From Trypanosoma brucei (Eukaryota), in assembly GCA_000002445.1 (NCBI GenBank), contig CM000208.1, positions 896,001-960,000 on the forward strand: 64,000 nt of DNA, given 5' to 3'. The notes beneath the pieces are model-generated. The model searched no databases and was not told the origin of the DNA. It was given only the letters and a program-made list of their open reading frames with translations. Positions within the stretch are counted from its first letter, which is position 1. Each line of letters begins with the position of its first letter. Positions 43,111-54,379 of this stretch are shown here, in pieces. A program made the position numbers and the translations under genes.

Positions 43111-43843
43111 GAGTCCCCACGCCAGTACGCGCGCGAATATGTTCATATTACCAAGTGCTCCCTGTGGTGGGCATCACCTCAGCGGTTTTATTTATTTATT
43201 TTTCTTTCAAAAAACAAAAAAAAACAAGAACAAAGGCAATGAGCCCCTGCTACACTTCTCATAGGTACTCATCAAACATAATCACGGAGTTCCTCGCACA
43301 TTCCGCCTGCCCGGCCGTCGGAGGTTCACTCACTCGACCTCAAGTCCAAACGCAACAGGACCAAACCGCAAGGGATTCTCCACTGAGCGGAAGACGTAAA
43401 TCCTCCTGCACGCCGCCAACGTAATTTTTCTTTTTTTTCCCCTCATTGAATTTTATAGCTTTCGCATTCACCCACCCCATGCCCGTTTAACATGCCATCC
43501 GGTTCATCCCTGTGCGGTTTCCATCATTGCCTTTGAAAATTAAATTCCCGCGGTCTCTTCCTTCCCCTTCTTGAAGTAAACGTGGGAAAGATCCACCAAC
43601 AAGTAAATCTCAGTGGGAGGAGACTATACAAAATCTCGCCTCTTCAGCATCCTTCTACGGAGGCGCCTGGTCGACGCTTAGTGGATTCATTTAATCCATG
43701 TGCATCAGACAAAAAACGAACGATTTGAGTTCCCTCGCTATTTTACCGGTTGCACATGCAAACGGTTCATACAAATCCGCACCACATCGACAATACCAAA
43801 TGTAATGAAGAGGTCTGAAACATCACACGCACCTCTCGCTCCC

Positions 43844-44494
43844 TCACACCGATGTGGAGAGTTCCAAATGTTTCACCCCGAGGGCGTGAATGTTGAATTC
43901 CCCACGATCGGAGAAGCGTCTTTGCACGCCCATGACACATGTGGAGTGAACCACAACCACGCAAAACATAGCCTCCACGCCACCCCCACAACTTTTAACC
44001 CTACCGGAAGGGATAACAACAAAACGGTTGGCGGGAAATGTAGTTTGCAATGCAGCCTGCAAGTAAGCCTTCTTGCTGTCTACATTTGTGTTGTTCTTCA
44101 CGCTAAACGAAAACCCAACTTTGTGGAGTTGCTGATCCGATGCCGAGGATGCGGGGAAATGTTCAATCCGAAGCTTCTCTAACCCGAGACGCATCTCGGG
44201 AAGGATGGGGCAGCATGTTAACTCGCAAGGTATCAGACGAAAACAGTGACGCAGCGCGGGGCGTTGGTTCTCCTCAACATCCTCAAAAATACGTTCAACA
44301 ACGGTACGTACCAGTGGGTTGTGCACAACTGAGTGCGCTACGAGGGCCTCAGCTCCAGAAGTAACATTGGGGCCGTCTTCGTTATGTGGCTCAATCACAA
44401 CCGGATTCGCCCTGCAATGATTATCACCGTTTCCCTCCGCCTCCGCACATGAAACAATCCCAGCCCGCTGTAGAGGAAAAGGTATGCTCACCAT
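43844..44494 (-). CDS. Hypothetical protein (216 aa from the first in-frame ATG). The gene model is uncertain.
   Basis: The minus-strand ORF in the track extends to 44824 but begins at TTG. The first in-frame ATG is 44494. A competing ORF lies on the other strand. The region borders the strand-switch region. Confidence 0.3.
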   Translation of the reverse strand: MVSIPFPLQRAGIVSCAEAEGNGDNHCRANPVVIEPHNEDGPNVTSGAEALVAHSVVHNPLVRTVVERIFEDVEENQRPALRHCFRLIPCELTCCPILPEMRLGLEKLRIEHFPASSASDQQLHKVGFSFSVKNNTNVDSKKAYLQAALQTTFPANRFVVIPSGRVKSCGGGVEAMFCVVVVHSTCVMGVQRRFSDRGEFNIHALGVKHLELSTSV

Positions 44495-46390
44495 CAGGTG
44501 ACCTTTGCAGCACGTCTCGAGTGGGGCCAACCAGCGGCAATTTCTCTGCTCTGATTTGTTTCCTGTGAAACTTCCTGTTCGCGATCGTTTCCGAGGGGGC
44601 CGTTCCCCATCGTCGTCACTATTTCTCTCCTTATCTTCGATGGCGGGCCCTGGTATGTAAGCGGCGAGCTCCGCCGTGAGAAGACTCGAGGTGGAGGGGC
44701 TTGGTTTCTCCAAAACATTTGTTTCAGTTGTTGAACCCACTTGTTTTTTCTCACCGTTGCTACCATCATGTTCCCTTTCCAAATCCGCTATGAGTGGCTG
44801 CAAATAGAGCTGCAGTTCCCGCAACGCCTTCGACTCCTGCCGGGGGGTTCACAGTCCATAAAAGTCCTGAAATGCGACCGTGTGGTACCAGAATGCGGCC
44901 AAGACGGCCCTTGTGGTGACGTTGTTTCCCCGCGTCTTGCCGATACGTCCGCGGTGCCGGCATCTCACCTTATTTGACCAAGCGTTTGCTTTGGAATCAA
45001 AAAGAATTTTGAAAATTTTGTGAAATAGCCGCAAAAAAAAAAAATAAATAAATCATATTTACAGCGAAGAGGCGAAGCGGGTGATGAAGAGAGGAATTAC
45101 TAATACAAATGAGTGATAAGGCAAAAATATACGGGACACCGCCATTTTTGTTAGACACATTCGTGATCAACACTTCTAATTTGTGATTTTCAAGGACGGA
45201 CAATCCCCTGCCTATGCACACATATATCAGCACTTTCCCCCGCGCTACTTCATCCAATAGCGTGCCGTTCGTATACGCGCCACATATTCCTCACCTAATG
45301 TGTGGGTTCCCGTGCCAAAGCAAACACCACAACCTGCGCCTATCGTCATATTCTTCGTTATTTTCATATCGAGAACATAAACCCTAACCTCAAAAAAAAA
45401 AAATTTGCGTTACATATTGGATATTGGTTATCCTCACTTTCCCGCGAGATGCAAGCGGAATGCTACAACTTTAAGTGAATTTTGGCAGCAGGTTTTTGTG
45501 CCGAAAAGGAGAGCTTGTGGTACACACCCGCTGTTTAATATTTAACGAAACAATAACAGTAACAACTAAATGTCGACAACACCTTCAGAGCATGTGGCAG
45601 GAGGTTGATTGTTACTAAGGCGTGTTAACGGTTAACCGTTGTGGGTTTGCATACAATTATATGCCCATACGTCCTCACTTGATCCTATAGTGATGCTCAT
45701 GTAAAACTTCCTTCATGGTAGGATAAACTTTTAGATATGATGAAGATACGCAAACTACAGCCAGTAAATATATCAACTTGCCACCTCCGGAGGTGGTTGG
45801 TAATTTTCTTCCCCCCCCCCCCGCTAGCGCCATGAGGGAAGGTGTATTACCACATTTGCAAACACACACACACACACAGAAAAAAAAAAAGACAACACCA
45901 AATAAATGCAATCCGTTACGGGTGAGTAAAGGTACATAAATATCCTTTTGGAAAGTGGTGGGCACAGGAAGCACCCATAATTTTCCTCACGGTCCGTACG
46001 GTAAGGCGACAAACAAACAGCTCACCGTAATCCAACAGAGTAAAAATACTTTTTTACAACATCACCCCAACATCCGGCACCACCACAAAAACACAAACGG
46101 CCGGAGCCCTTTTCACATCATGTACACACAAAGTCACCAAGGAACTACGGTACGAAACAAAGTGAAATGTGACGGAAGGAAATATGCTCAAAATATGTGA
46201 AAAGAACCAATGATGCGAAGTCACCACACCAACTCAACCACTAATATCATTTTTTCCTTCTCCATACACGCACCATTGAGTCCTTTTATTCACCTTTTTT
46301 TTCTATTTTTTCTTCCGGCCACTAAAACTCTAGCGTAACAGTCGGTTCCCTTCTCTATCTATTCAACGCCTCAGTCTCTCTTTAATACAA

Positions 46391-46428
46391 TATATATATA
46401 TATATATATATACCTATATATATATATA
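46391..46428. repeat. Interrupted (TA)n microsatellite.
   Basis: (TA)11 cc (TA)7. Confidence 0.9.
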
Positions 46429-46828
46429 CCTCAACCGCAACACGTGCGCTTGGAGAGAGTCATAATCTCTTTCTTTTGTTCGTTCTCTTTACCATTTTTT
46501 GTCTTTGTTTTCTTTTGCTCCTTCCTTCTTCCATACTCCCCCCTTTTTTTTTCTCTCTATGAACTCGGTGGGCCTTCCTCCTCTTCCTCTTCCATTCATG
46601 TTGCTGTTTTTTTTTTTTTCGTTCCCATCTTTCTCTCTGTTTCATCACGGCGTTTTTCATCTAATTCACTTTGGTACGTGAACGTGGGCCTTTACATATA
46701 TGCGCGTGAGAAGTCAAGGGAGTTGAATGGGAACTGGAGGTTGCCACAGAAAGGATTATTTAAAAAGAAAAAAAAAGTAAATATAAGAATAAATACACGG
46801 GGGAAAAAAATAAACAAGTTGAAGATAA

Positions 46829-47683
46829 TCACACAAATACAGAGGCGATACGCCACGCCACTGGGGCAAAGAGAAGCACAAATCCCGCACCTACAGCCAT
46901 TTGTTCAACACGTGTGGCCTCTGCAACAAGAGCGAGAAAAGCAACAAGTGCTGCTGCTGCTGTTTGCTTCAAGCCAACAGGCATGAAAGATGTAGTGAAA
47001 AGCGCGAAGGCCGCTACTAGCACCACAACAGCGTGGCCCAAAGCAGTAAGTTGCGCAATAACTGAATACATGATTTCTTTCTTGTCCTTACCACTGGTGA
47101 ATATACTGACCTTGAAGGTAGGGACAGTAAGAAATGGCCGAAGAACGGCGTAAAGCGTCTTTTCCTCATTGGAGAAGCTAAAAAGCGGAAGAGCAAAGGC
47201 ACCAAACACTAAAACAGCAAGCGTGGCGATTGACGCCCACAACTGCTGTGAGCAGCGAATACGAACCTTTTCGAGTAGAGATTGGCGGTGTTGACCGTAC
47301 CAAACCTCGAAATCGGGTGAGCGGAATAAGTCATCAAGTGCCTTTGCTGTAATGGGTTTACCACCTGTGGCATAACGTTTAGCTGATCCTAATTCTGGAG
47401 TGTGTCCACTGGGCCTTTCCCGACCCCTGCTTGGTTTTGGTTCTGCTTGCGCCCGTAATTTTACTGAAGTGAGTATGGGGAACTGCATCACAACACCTCG
47501 CAGCAGTGCCCAAAGGAAGAGGTGAAGGGGTTCACTCTGCTGGTGGTATTTCTCCAAGAGCGGCTTAAGCAAAAACGCCCACAACGGTGCCACCACAAGT
47601 GCAATGATGAAAGCGTGTTTCATTGCCACGGGGTTCCATAAGGATTGCGGAACGCGCTGTGTAAAATATCGAAAGCCCTCCAT
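46829..47683 (-). CDS. Hypothetical membrane protein with about 4-5 TM segments.
   Basis: Minus-strand ORF. The track start at 47692 is TTG; the ATG is at 47683. Several hydrophobic helices (FIIALVVAPLWAFLL, IATLAVLVFGAFALPLF, AVVVLVAAFALFTTSF). No recognisable family. Confidence 0.45.
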   Translation of the reverse strand: MEGFRYFTQRVPQSLWNPVAMKHAFIIALVVAPLWAFLLKPLLEKYHQQSEPLHLFLWALLRGVVMQFPILTSVKLRAQAEPKPSRGRERPSGHTPELGSAKRYATGGKPITAKALDDLFRSPDFEVWYGQHRQSLLEKVRIRCSQQLWASIATLAVLVFGAFALPLFSFSNEEKTLYAVLRPFLTVPTFKVSIFTSGKDKKEIMYSVIAQLTALGHAVVVLVAAFALFTTSFMPVGLKQTAAAALVAFLALVAEATRVEQMAVGAGFVLLFAPVAWRIASVFV

Positions 47684-49454
47684 TACTTCCAACTTGGCTT
47701 ATTTCTCACCCCTTTCCGCTCTTTTCCCTATTTACTCAATGTGAACCTACAGGGTTTTCTCAGAAACGCCACTCCCTCTAAAATACCTTCCCGTTGCTTC
47801 GCTCTTTTTTCTTGCTGTGTATTCGTCTTTCCTAATACACTTTAAGTGGCTTTCGCGTGGTGTCTGCTACTGCTGAGGTTTAAAAAAAAAAAAGATGACA
47901 CAACTGCAGGACAGTAGGAATGTGTAAAACCAATTATTCGTATGAACAACAACAACAACAGCTGGATATGAGGGGGAATAGAAAAGTCAAAACCACAAGG
48001 GGAAATATGCACACACTTGCGGAGTCTTGCAACGCTGATAAAATTGTGTGCTAAAGCTTGATCAGAACATTCACAAGGTTTTTTTTTTCGATACGAAGGC
48101 ACGTGTCGATGTTTTTTTTCTTTTGGTGTTTCCCTTGTCAACAAAGGCGGCCACCGCTTCATGACTTTGCGCACACGATACCATCAGTGTTTTCGTACGA
48201 TCCACTTTATGCAATTGATTTAATGATTGTTTGCATTTCTCTTCAACATTCAGATAATTACACACATTTTACTCCTTTAAATCAATTTATGCCGCATACC
48301 GTGTGTGCATATTAGGGCAAAACAACCAACGGTGCTTGCGCCAGAAACCAATGGAAGATCACACAAAACTTTAATTGGAAAAAAAAAGTATATCCAAGCA
48401 TCAAACGAAGTTGGGCGGCGGCAGTGACAAAACAAACCCCCCCCCCCCAAAAAAAGGAAGCTGCTGCAGAAATTTTTTTCTTTTCTTCCCGCTTTGCTTC
48501 CCTCTACACAAACATGCTCATTTCCTTTACGTCACAGTCGCAAAAAAAAAAAAATAGACCTGTGCACGATGATATGTCCCACGCTTGACCACGGCACTGC
48601 CTTTTTAGCAGCACGAATAACAATAATAAGAAAAAAAAAGGAACAAAAAAAATTATTTAGTTAATTATTACGTAACATCCCTGTTCTTACAATAGTCGCT
48701 GCCTATTATCACCACCTCCCATTTCTAGTCCGGAGGTACTTCGAAATCCACAAGATATTTACAAGGAACTCACAATAAGTGTATCAATGTGCATGCGCGC
48801 ACGGTCCCGTCACCACATAGGTCTTTTTTGTCCTTCAATATTAAACGGGGACCCAAAACAGAGAGTGGGAAAAGCAACACCCCGCTTGTACACCCGGACA
48901 TGCGCGCGCACACGTGACTTCAGTGTGGTTGAATGGTGGTTTATTTTCGTTACGCTGTGTTTTTTTTATATATTTCTCTCCTTTCCCCTTTTCTAACTAA
49001 ATTGCAAAATACCACTGATTACATATGTATATATGTGTATGTGTGTGTGTGTGTGCGTCCACCAACTGCGAACATCTGCTGCCCACGCTCACACCACCTC
49101 CTCCACGGACTGTTCTCAAGAAGTGAAAATCCCGGCGAGCCGCCAGTGGTGAGGAGGAGAAGCAGAGAGGGAAGTGGACCAGTAGAAGTGTGGACAACTG
49201 GGCCGAACATAAACCACTTGCCTGTTTCAATGCCACTGTGCCATACCCATGGAAACTCAACACGGTTCGCGCTGTCCTCGTTCACCCTCGACACGTATGC
49301 ACCACTCATTTACAACGGAGCGGGAACACGTTACACTCCCCTTTCTTTTGTGATATCCCGTTGTTTTTGTAACGGCAGTGTAGCCTACGGGTTAATCAGC
49401 CGGATCGCACTCTCTAGCCCATTCTACGTTCACTGAACACATCGGAAGGCGCCA

Positions 49455-52400
49455 TCACAGCGTTCCCGACTCGCCGTCAACCGTATGAACGAGCTCTTTG
49501 TCATAACCCATGCTCAGTAACTCATTCTTCACGTCGCGCTGCATCACGGGCGGTCCACACACAACAATCAGCGGCTCACTCGATGGCGGTTGCAGCACCT
49601 TCTGCAGGGATTTCTTGTTGACAAACCCCACTCCACCTGTCCACCCTTCGGGTGGGTTGTTAAGAACGAAGTTGCAGACGAACTTGTCGGGGAACTCTTC
49701 CGCAAACCGCTGCAAAATTGAGCGATACGTCAATGTGTCGTACTCTTCTGCGGCGTATATAAGACGGATGCTTTCCAACGTGTCCACGTAAGGCTTCTTG
49801 AGTGCCGCACGAATAACCTGCAACATGGGCGCGACACCAGTCCCTGCCGCGACAAGAGCAAACCGCGTAATAGGCCGGTTACGAAACAGCAGACACTTCT
49901 TTACTGGGTCTTGATCAATACGAAGACCTCCACATGCTTTGATTTCGACGGAGTCGCCCGGTCGCAAGGCGCAGATCCATTCCTTCAATGTGCCCTTGTC
50001 GGCACGAACCAGAAGGGAGATAGTGCCAAGGTCCTCTGGTAGTGTAATTGGACTGAAGTAACCAACAAGTTGTTGGCCGTCCCACTCGCCACGGATGGCC
50101 ACAAATTCGCCCAGATTGAGACCTGTGCGCTGCAGCGCCCCAGGTAGGTTAAAACGAAGAACACGAGAGCCGGTCCCGAACTGTTCGCCGGAGCGGGACT
50201 CACGTACAACAACGGAAGTCCAACTCGTCTTGGAGAGGGCTATCTCACGTTTTTGAAGTATTGTTGCGGCACGGTCACCCGCAATTTTCCCGAATACCAC
50301 ACATTCCAAGAGCGAATTACCACCAAGGCGGTTACCACCGTGCACACCACCCGTCACTTCACCGGCACCAAACAAGCATCGAATCGGTCTATGGTTTTCC
50401 AGAATATTTAAACCTTTGTACTCCTGAAGAACTTCAGCAGCCGGTGAAATGAGGCAGCCACCCATTGTGTAATGAATGGAAGGCGTGACAAAAGCAACAT
50501 TGTACGGCCCCCTTGTACCCACCACACAAGGGAATACTACCTTCCCCGTCACAGGGCACGCAACTTTGGCCTTGCTGCAAGTTTCATACTTTTCAAGCGT
50601 ATCCCGTAATTCACCTTCGTCACAGCCAATCAGTTTGGCCAACTCTTCCACAGTCTCAGCACGCTGGAACAAACCAAGCTTCTTTCCGTAGAACCCCAGT
50701 GCACCGCCACCGAAGAGGTTTGTTGCATCTTCGTTGAGCACGCAGTACGCAAAGTAACATCCACCGGATCCAGGGTATTCATTACCCTGCGTATTAATTG
50801 CCTTGGATACAACAGAGCGGAGGTCAAGTTCATTCACGAAGCGCTTTCCTTGCTTGTTGAGTAATATCCCACCCGAACCTCGGAGTGCCTCCGGGCCGAG
50901 AATCTTCGTTGTGTTCGCGGGATCCTTTGGATCGATAAGCCCTGTGGGGTGTAGCTGAACCTTATCCATATCCACAAGCTTTGCACCAACCGATGTTGCG
51001 AGTTTAACCCCGTCACCGGTCGCCCAGGGGCCATTTGTCGTTGGAAAACTGGCCAGGTGAGGCGCATACTTGCAGAGCAGTGAATTTTCTTCACGGTCAT
51101 TGGAGAAACCACCAGTTGCAAGAACGACGGCATCCGCAAGCAATTTTGATGGCTGGCCATCCACATCGGAGAGGTCCCTGTATCTTACACCCGTAACACG
51201 CACTTCGGAGGCGCCATCAGGTGTTGTATCGGTTTCGTGCAATAACTCGGTCACGGACACATGTGTCATAATCGTTACTCGCTCAGAGAGGTTGTTACGG
51301 ATGTGATCCTCGAGGGTTCTCATGATCGTATGACCAATTGGTAGGGGTGTCCCGTCCGTTTTGTCCGGGGCACGGTGGGTTCGCTTGAAACTGTGGCCAC
51401 CAAGTTGCGAGAGGACACTGAGTGGCACACCAAGAGAAGTAAGCCAACCAATTGCGTCCCCACTCTTAACTGAGAGCACTTTGACGAGGGCAGGATCGGT
51501 AGTACCGCCAACGCCAGAGAGAAAAGTGTCACGCTCAAAATACTTTCCACCGTCGAGAATATCTGACTTTGCCTGCGTACGCGTCCCCCACCCATTAATA
51601 CCTGATGTAGCCTTTGCGCTGTTCCCCCCGATTCTTCCTTCCTTTTCCATGAGTATGACTTGTGCACCACAACTTGCGGCTTCGATGGCCGCTGAAAGGC
51701 CCGCTAGACCTCCACCCACAATAACAATTCTGGAGGGCAAACTCCCGGCAATCCGTATTTCACGTAGCTCCCGTGTTTCTTGCGCTATCTCGTGCATATG
51801 TGCTAACCGCTCGCCCTGACGGGTATAGGCGAAGTAATTCGTCACACGACTTCGAACGTAACGCCAGCCCTCTAATAAGTAGCGAATCCTCACAGCATCA
51901 CGCTTCACAAGGCACACTGTTGCCAGAGCATCAGCGTACATTGCGCTATAACATTTCACAGACACTTGAGCGAGTGCCCCTTCCTCAGGAGATAGTAGCC
52001 CCCTTCGCTGCCAGTCAAAAATGCTCCCCGCCACTCCATGCTTTGGATGATACAAAACGTTTTCGTAGTCACCACTGGTGCAAAGGGCTTCATCATCAAG
52101 CTCCACCACATGAAGCAGGGATGGAGAATCATCGTCCTTCTCTTCCTGCTCCTCCTCCCCCATTTTTAACATTTTCCCTTTGGCGCGCCGAATCACCTCC
52201 TCCACAGATGGCGGTCGTTTGATAGCAACTGCCCATAGGTTTCCTTTGATGTTCCTACCCGACGCTCGAATATCCCCGCCCCACTCAAAGAGCACGTTTG
52301 GCATACCGGCCGCACGAAGATGATCCACTACATAATCAACTGTGTAGCCTTTGTTCACACCACCAAGATCAAGCCTCGCTTCAGAGTGCTTGCGAGCTAT

Positions 52401-53153
52401 TGTTCCCTCCTCGAGGTCCACGTCAAAACTTTGCGCTAAGGAGAAGAGCTCTACCTCGGCTTCCGTTACGGAAATGTCGGACATGTCGTTGTGGTCCCTC
52501 ATTGCCCCCCGAAGTCGGCTGATAATTGGACCTGCCGCCGGGTCGAAGCCCATTCCGCTGGAGTGATGTACACTGATGGTGCACTCCATCACGTGCCGGA
52601 GATCCTCCGACATTTGATGCTTCTCACCCACCGGCAGAGAGTTGACACGCGACAACTCGCTTTCAGGATTGAAACAATTGAGGGAGTAGTCCACCATGTG
52701 AAATGCCTTTCGCAAAATCTCAGCTGCCTTTGCTTCGAATTCACCTGTAGAGCGCGAGTTACAAAGAACCACGGCGAGCCTGTACGGAATCGTGTGCTCC
52801 AACCCCTTTAAGTTAATGATAGTGGGTTCATCTTCTTGACAAAGACCACTATTACTTGAGAGCAACTCGCGCGCCATGCGGTCACGCTTCTTTGCTGCCG
52901 CCTCCGGGTCAGTGACAACAATCGAAGCCGAGGAAATACCATCGGCGCCATGGGACGTAAAACGCTTTTGACATGAAACAACCGAGGGAGCGGGTGGCGC
53001 TAGGGATTTGAAGAAGCGCCCCCATACGACCCGCATTGGTGAAACCGAGTCGCAAGGGTCGCCGACAAGCGAAGGGCTGTCTCGCGCAACTCCAGAGCTT
53101 CCCGCCACTAATGCAGATGTGGCTCGAAGGAGAAGTTGCTTCGTTGAGAGCAT
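49455..53153 (-). CDS. FRD: NADH-dependent fumarate reductase, a tri-domain enzyme (ApbE-like flavin-transferase domain + FAD fumarate reductase domain + cytochrome b5 reductase-like domain). The N-terminus looks like a mitochondrial presequence.
   Basis: ApbE block GYTVDYVVDHLRAAGMPNVLFEWGGDI. FAD Rossmann IVIVGGGLAGLSAAIEAASCGAQVILMEKE. FRD/Osm1 motifs HPTGLIDP and HYTMGGC. FNR-type motif VAAGTGVAPM. The N-terminus from ATG 53153 is MLSTKQLLLRATSALVAGSS (the track start at 53171 is GTG). This architecture is the kinetoplastid FRD. Confidence 0.9.
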   Translation of the reverse strand: MLSTKQLLLRATSALVAGSSGVARDSPSLVGDPCDSVSPMRVVWGRFFKSLAPPAPSVVSCQKRFTSHGADGISSASIVVTDPEAAAKKRDRMARELLSSNSGLCQEDEPTIINLKGLEHTIPYRLAVVLCNSRSTGEFEAKAAEILRKAFHMVDYSLNCFNPESELSRVNSLPVGEKHQMSEDLRHVMECTISVHHSSGMGFDPAAGPIISRLRGAMRDHNDMSDISVTEAEVELFSLAQSFDVDLEEGTIARKHSEARLDLGGVNKGYTVDYVVDHLRAAGMPNVLFEWGGDIRASGRNIKGNLWAVAIKRPPSVEEVIRRAKGKMLKMGEEEQEEKDDDSPSLLHVVELDDEALCTSGDYENVLYHPKHGVAGSIFDWQRRGLLSPEEGALAQVSVKCYSAMYADALATVCLVKRDAVRIRYLLEGWRYVRSRVTNYFAYTRQGERLAHMHEIAQETRELREIRIAGSLPSRIVIVGGGLAGLSAAIEAASCGAQVILMEKEGRIGGNSAKATSGINGWGTRTQAKSDILDGGKYFERDTFLSGVGGTTDPALVKVLSVKSGDAIGWLTSLGVPLSVLSQLGGHSFKRTHRAPDKTDGTPLPIGHTIMRTLEDHIRNNLSERVTIMTHVSVTELLHETDTTPDGASEVRVTGVRYRDLSDVDGQPSKLLADAVVLATGGFSNDREENSLLCKYAPHLASFPTTNGPWATGDGVKLATSVGAKLVDMDKVQLHPTGLIDPKDPANTTKILGPEALRGSGGILLNKQGKRFVNELDLRSVVSKAINTQGNEYPGSGGCYFAYCVLNEDATNLFGGGALGFYGKKLGLFQRAETVEELAKLIGCDEGELRDTLEKYETCSKAKVACPVTGKVVFPCVVGTRGPYNVAFVTPSIHYTMGGCLISPAAEVLQEYKGLNILENHRPIRCLFGAGEVTGGVHGGNRLGGNSLLECVVFGKIAGDRAATILQKREIALSKTSWTSVVVRESRSGEQFGTGSRVLRFNLPGALQRTGLNLGEFVAIRGEWDGQQLVGYFSPITLPEDLGTISLLVRADKGTLKEWICALRPGDSVEIKACGGLRIDQDPVKKCLLFRNRPITRFALVAAGTGVAPMLQVIRAALKKPYVDTLESIRLIYAAEEYDTLTYRSILQRFAEEFPDKFVCNFVLNNPPEGWTGGVGFVNKKSLQKVLQPPSSEPLIVVCGPPVMQRDVKNELLSMGYDKELVHTVDGESGTL

Positions 53154-53395
53154 TATGTCGAAGAACTCCACTTTTTTCCCTTGAAATCGGATCTTTAGCC
53201 TTTCCCTTCCTTTAAAGTTTATTTTGACTCTTTCCTAGTTCCTTATGAAGCCCCTCGCTCAGCTGCTGGTTTGTAATGACACTTAATTTGATAATCCCCA
53301 CCGAATACTGGATTCTATCATGTTGAGTCAACAGAGAACGACAAAAAAAGAGGATGCATATCACTGGCTTACGCTGCCAACAACGTCCAAAGAAG

Positions 53396-53418
53396 GACGA
53401 CACAAAAAAAAAAAAATA
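53396..53418 (-). promoter_or_regulatory. Polypyrimidine (T13, in minus-strand sense) tract upstream of the fumarate reductase gene.
   Basis: An A13 run on the plus strand at 53404-53416, which is U13 on the transcribed minus strand, 250 nt upstream of ATG 53153. Confidence 0.4.
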
Positions 53419-54379
53419 ACGGATAAAAATGCGCAGAAAATTACAGTATGGAATCCACCAAATACAATATGAGGATCTTTATGTTATGAAGATCTCAGCG
53501 GAACGGGAAAAAATGGGACCACAATTGCGTGATTGAAATGATGCATAGTAGTCGAGAGGTTACTCGCTCCCCCCATCACACAGCATTAACAAAGTCTGTG
53601 GCTTAAAGTACCAGAGCAAAACGCCCACACAGCTCGTTCGTGTTGGAAGAGTAACCGTTACCCCCTTTGCTACACATTTCCCGGCTGTTTTTGCTATCTT
53701 TTCTCTGTTACAGTTTCCCACTCCGGCATTGCTTGCTATCACCAAATCGGTTTGATGAAAGGAGACAAATATGGCAAATCATCGCCAAATCCATCTTACC
53801 AATACGCACGCAGGGGGCTGTAGCTAAAGTACTTAACGCACTAAACCCTTTTTCATTCATCCAATGGTCGACACTCCAGATACAGATACACATGCACGCA
53901 CACATATATTTATATTTATTTATGTGTCTTAGCATGATAAGAATGATTAGGAAGGACCTACGGAAGTGGTGATGGCAGAAATCATGTTGCGTAGTGATGC
54001 ATTGGCTCAACCATGCTGGCAGCGGAAAGTGCCTTCGTGCTGGGTCCATCAGCACAAAAAATCACCGAATGACACGAAAAATACAGAACATGCTACGAGG
54101 TATATCCTACCCTCATATTTCCTACCTTTCCTCAGGCCTTCCTCATTTCGAATAGAATACATATGCGTATGTTTGAAATGAGAAGGAAAAGATTTTCATT
54201 CTGCTGATTTTTCATCTACTTCATTTACCTGATGCATTTCAATCTTGTCAGCTATTCAAAAATACCGTTTCCCTTTCAACCCCCTCCCGCCCCTTTACCC
54301 CAAAGTGCCAATCCGATTTTCCTTCAATAAAACTTCGTTTATTCAAAAAATGCCGTCTCCCCTCGCCCTGTTTTTAGTC

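Larger units (their letters stand above)
41222..43843. other. Convergent strand-switch region between the plus-strand and minus-strand gene arrays. It is the putative Pol II transcription termination zone.
   Basis: The last plus-strand gene ends at 41221. The first minus-strand gene (reading leftwards) ends at 43844. The 2.6 kb in between has no long ORF and no tRNA. It contains the hairpin + T11 at 42419-42516, a (CA)11 repeat at 43088-43110 and a 15-bp palindrome at 42288-42302. Confidence 0.6.

Noticed and set aside
43700-44182. 160-aa plus-strand ORF overlapping the minus-strand gene at 43844-44494.
   Set aside because: It begins at GTG in the track and has no in-frame ATG for 35 codons. 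It lies in the termination zone on the wrong side of the plus-strand unit. I preferred the minus-strand model, though both are weak.
46444-46986. 180-aa plus-strand ORF with poly-Phe/Ser.
   Set aside because: It arises from translating a T-rich polypyrimidine/low-complexity spacer. It is on the opposite strand to the local transcription unit and overlaps the membrane-protein gene on the minus strand.
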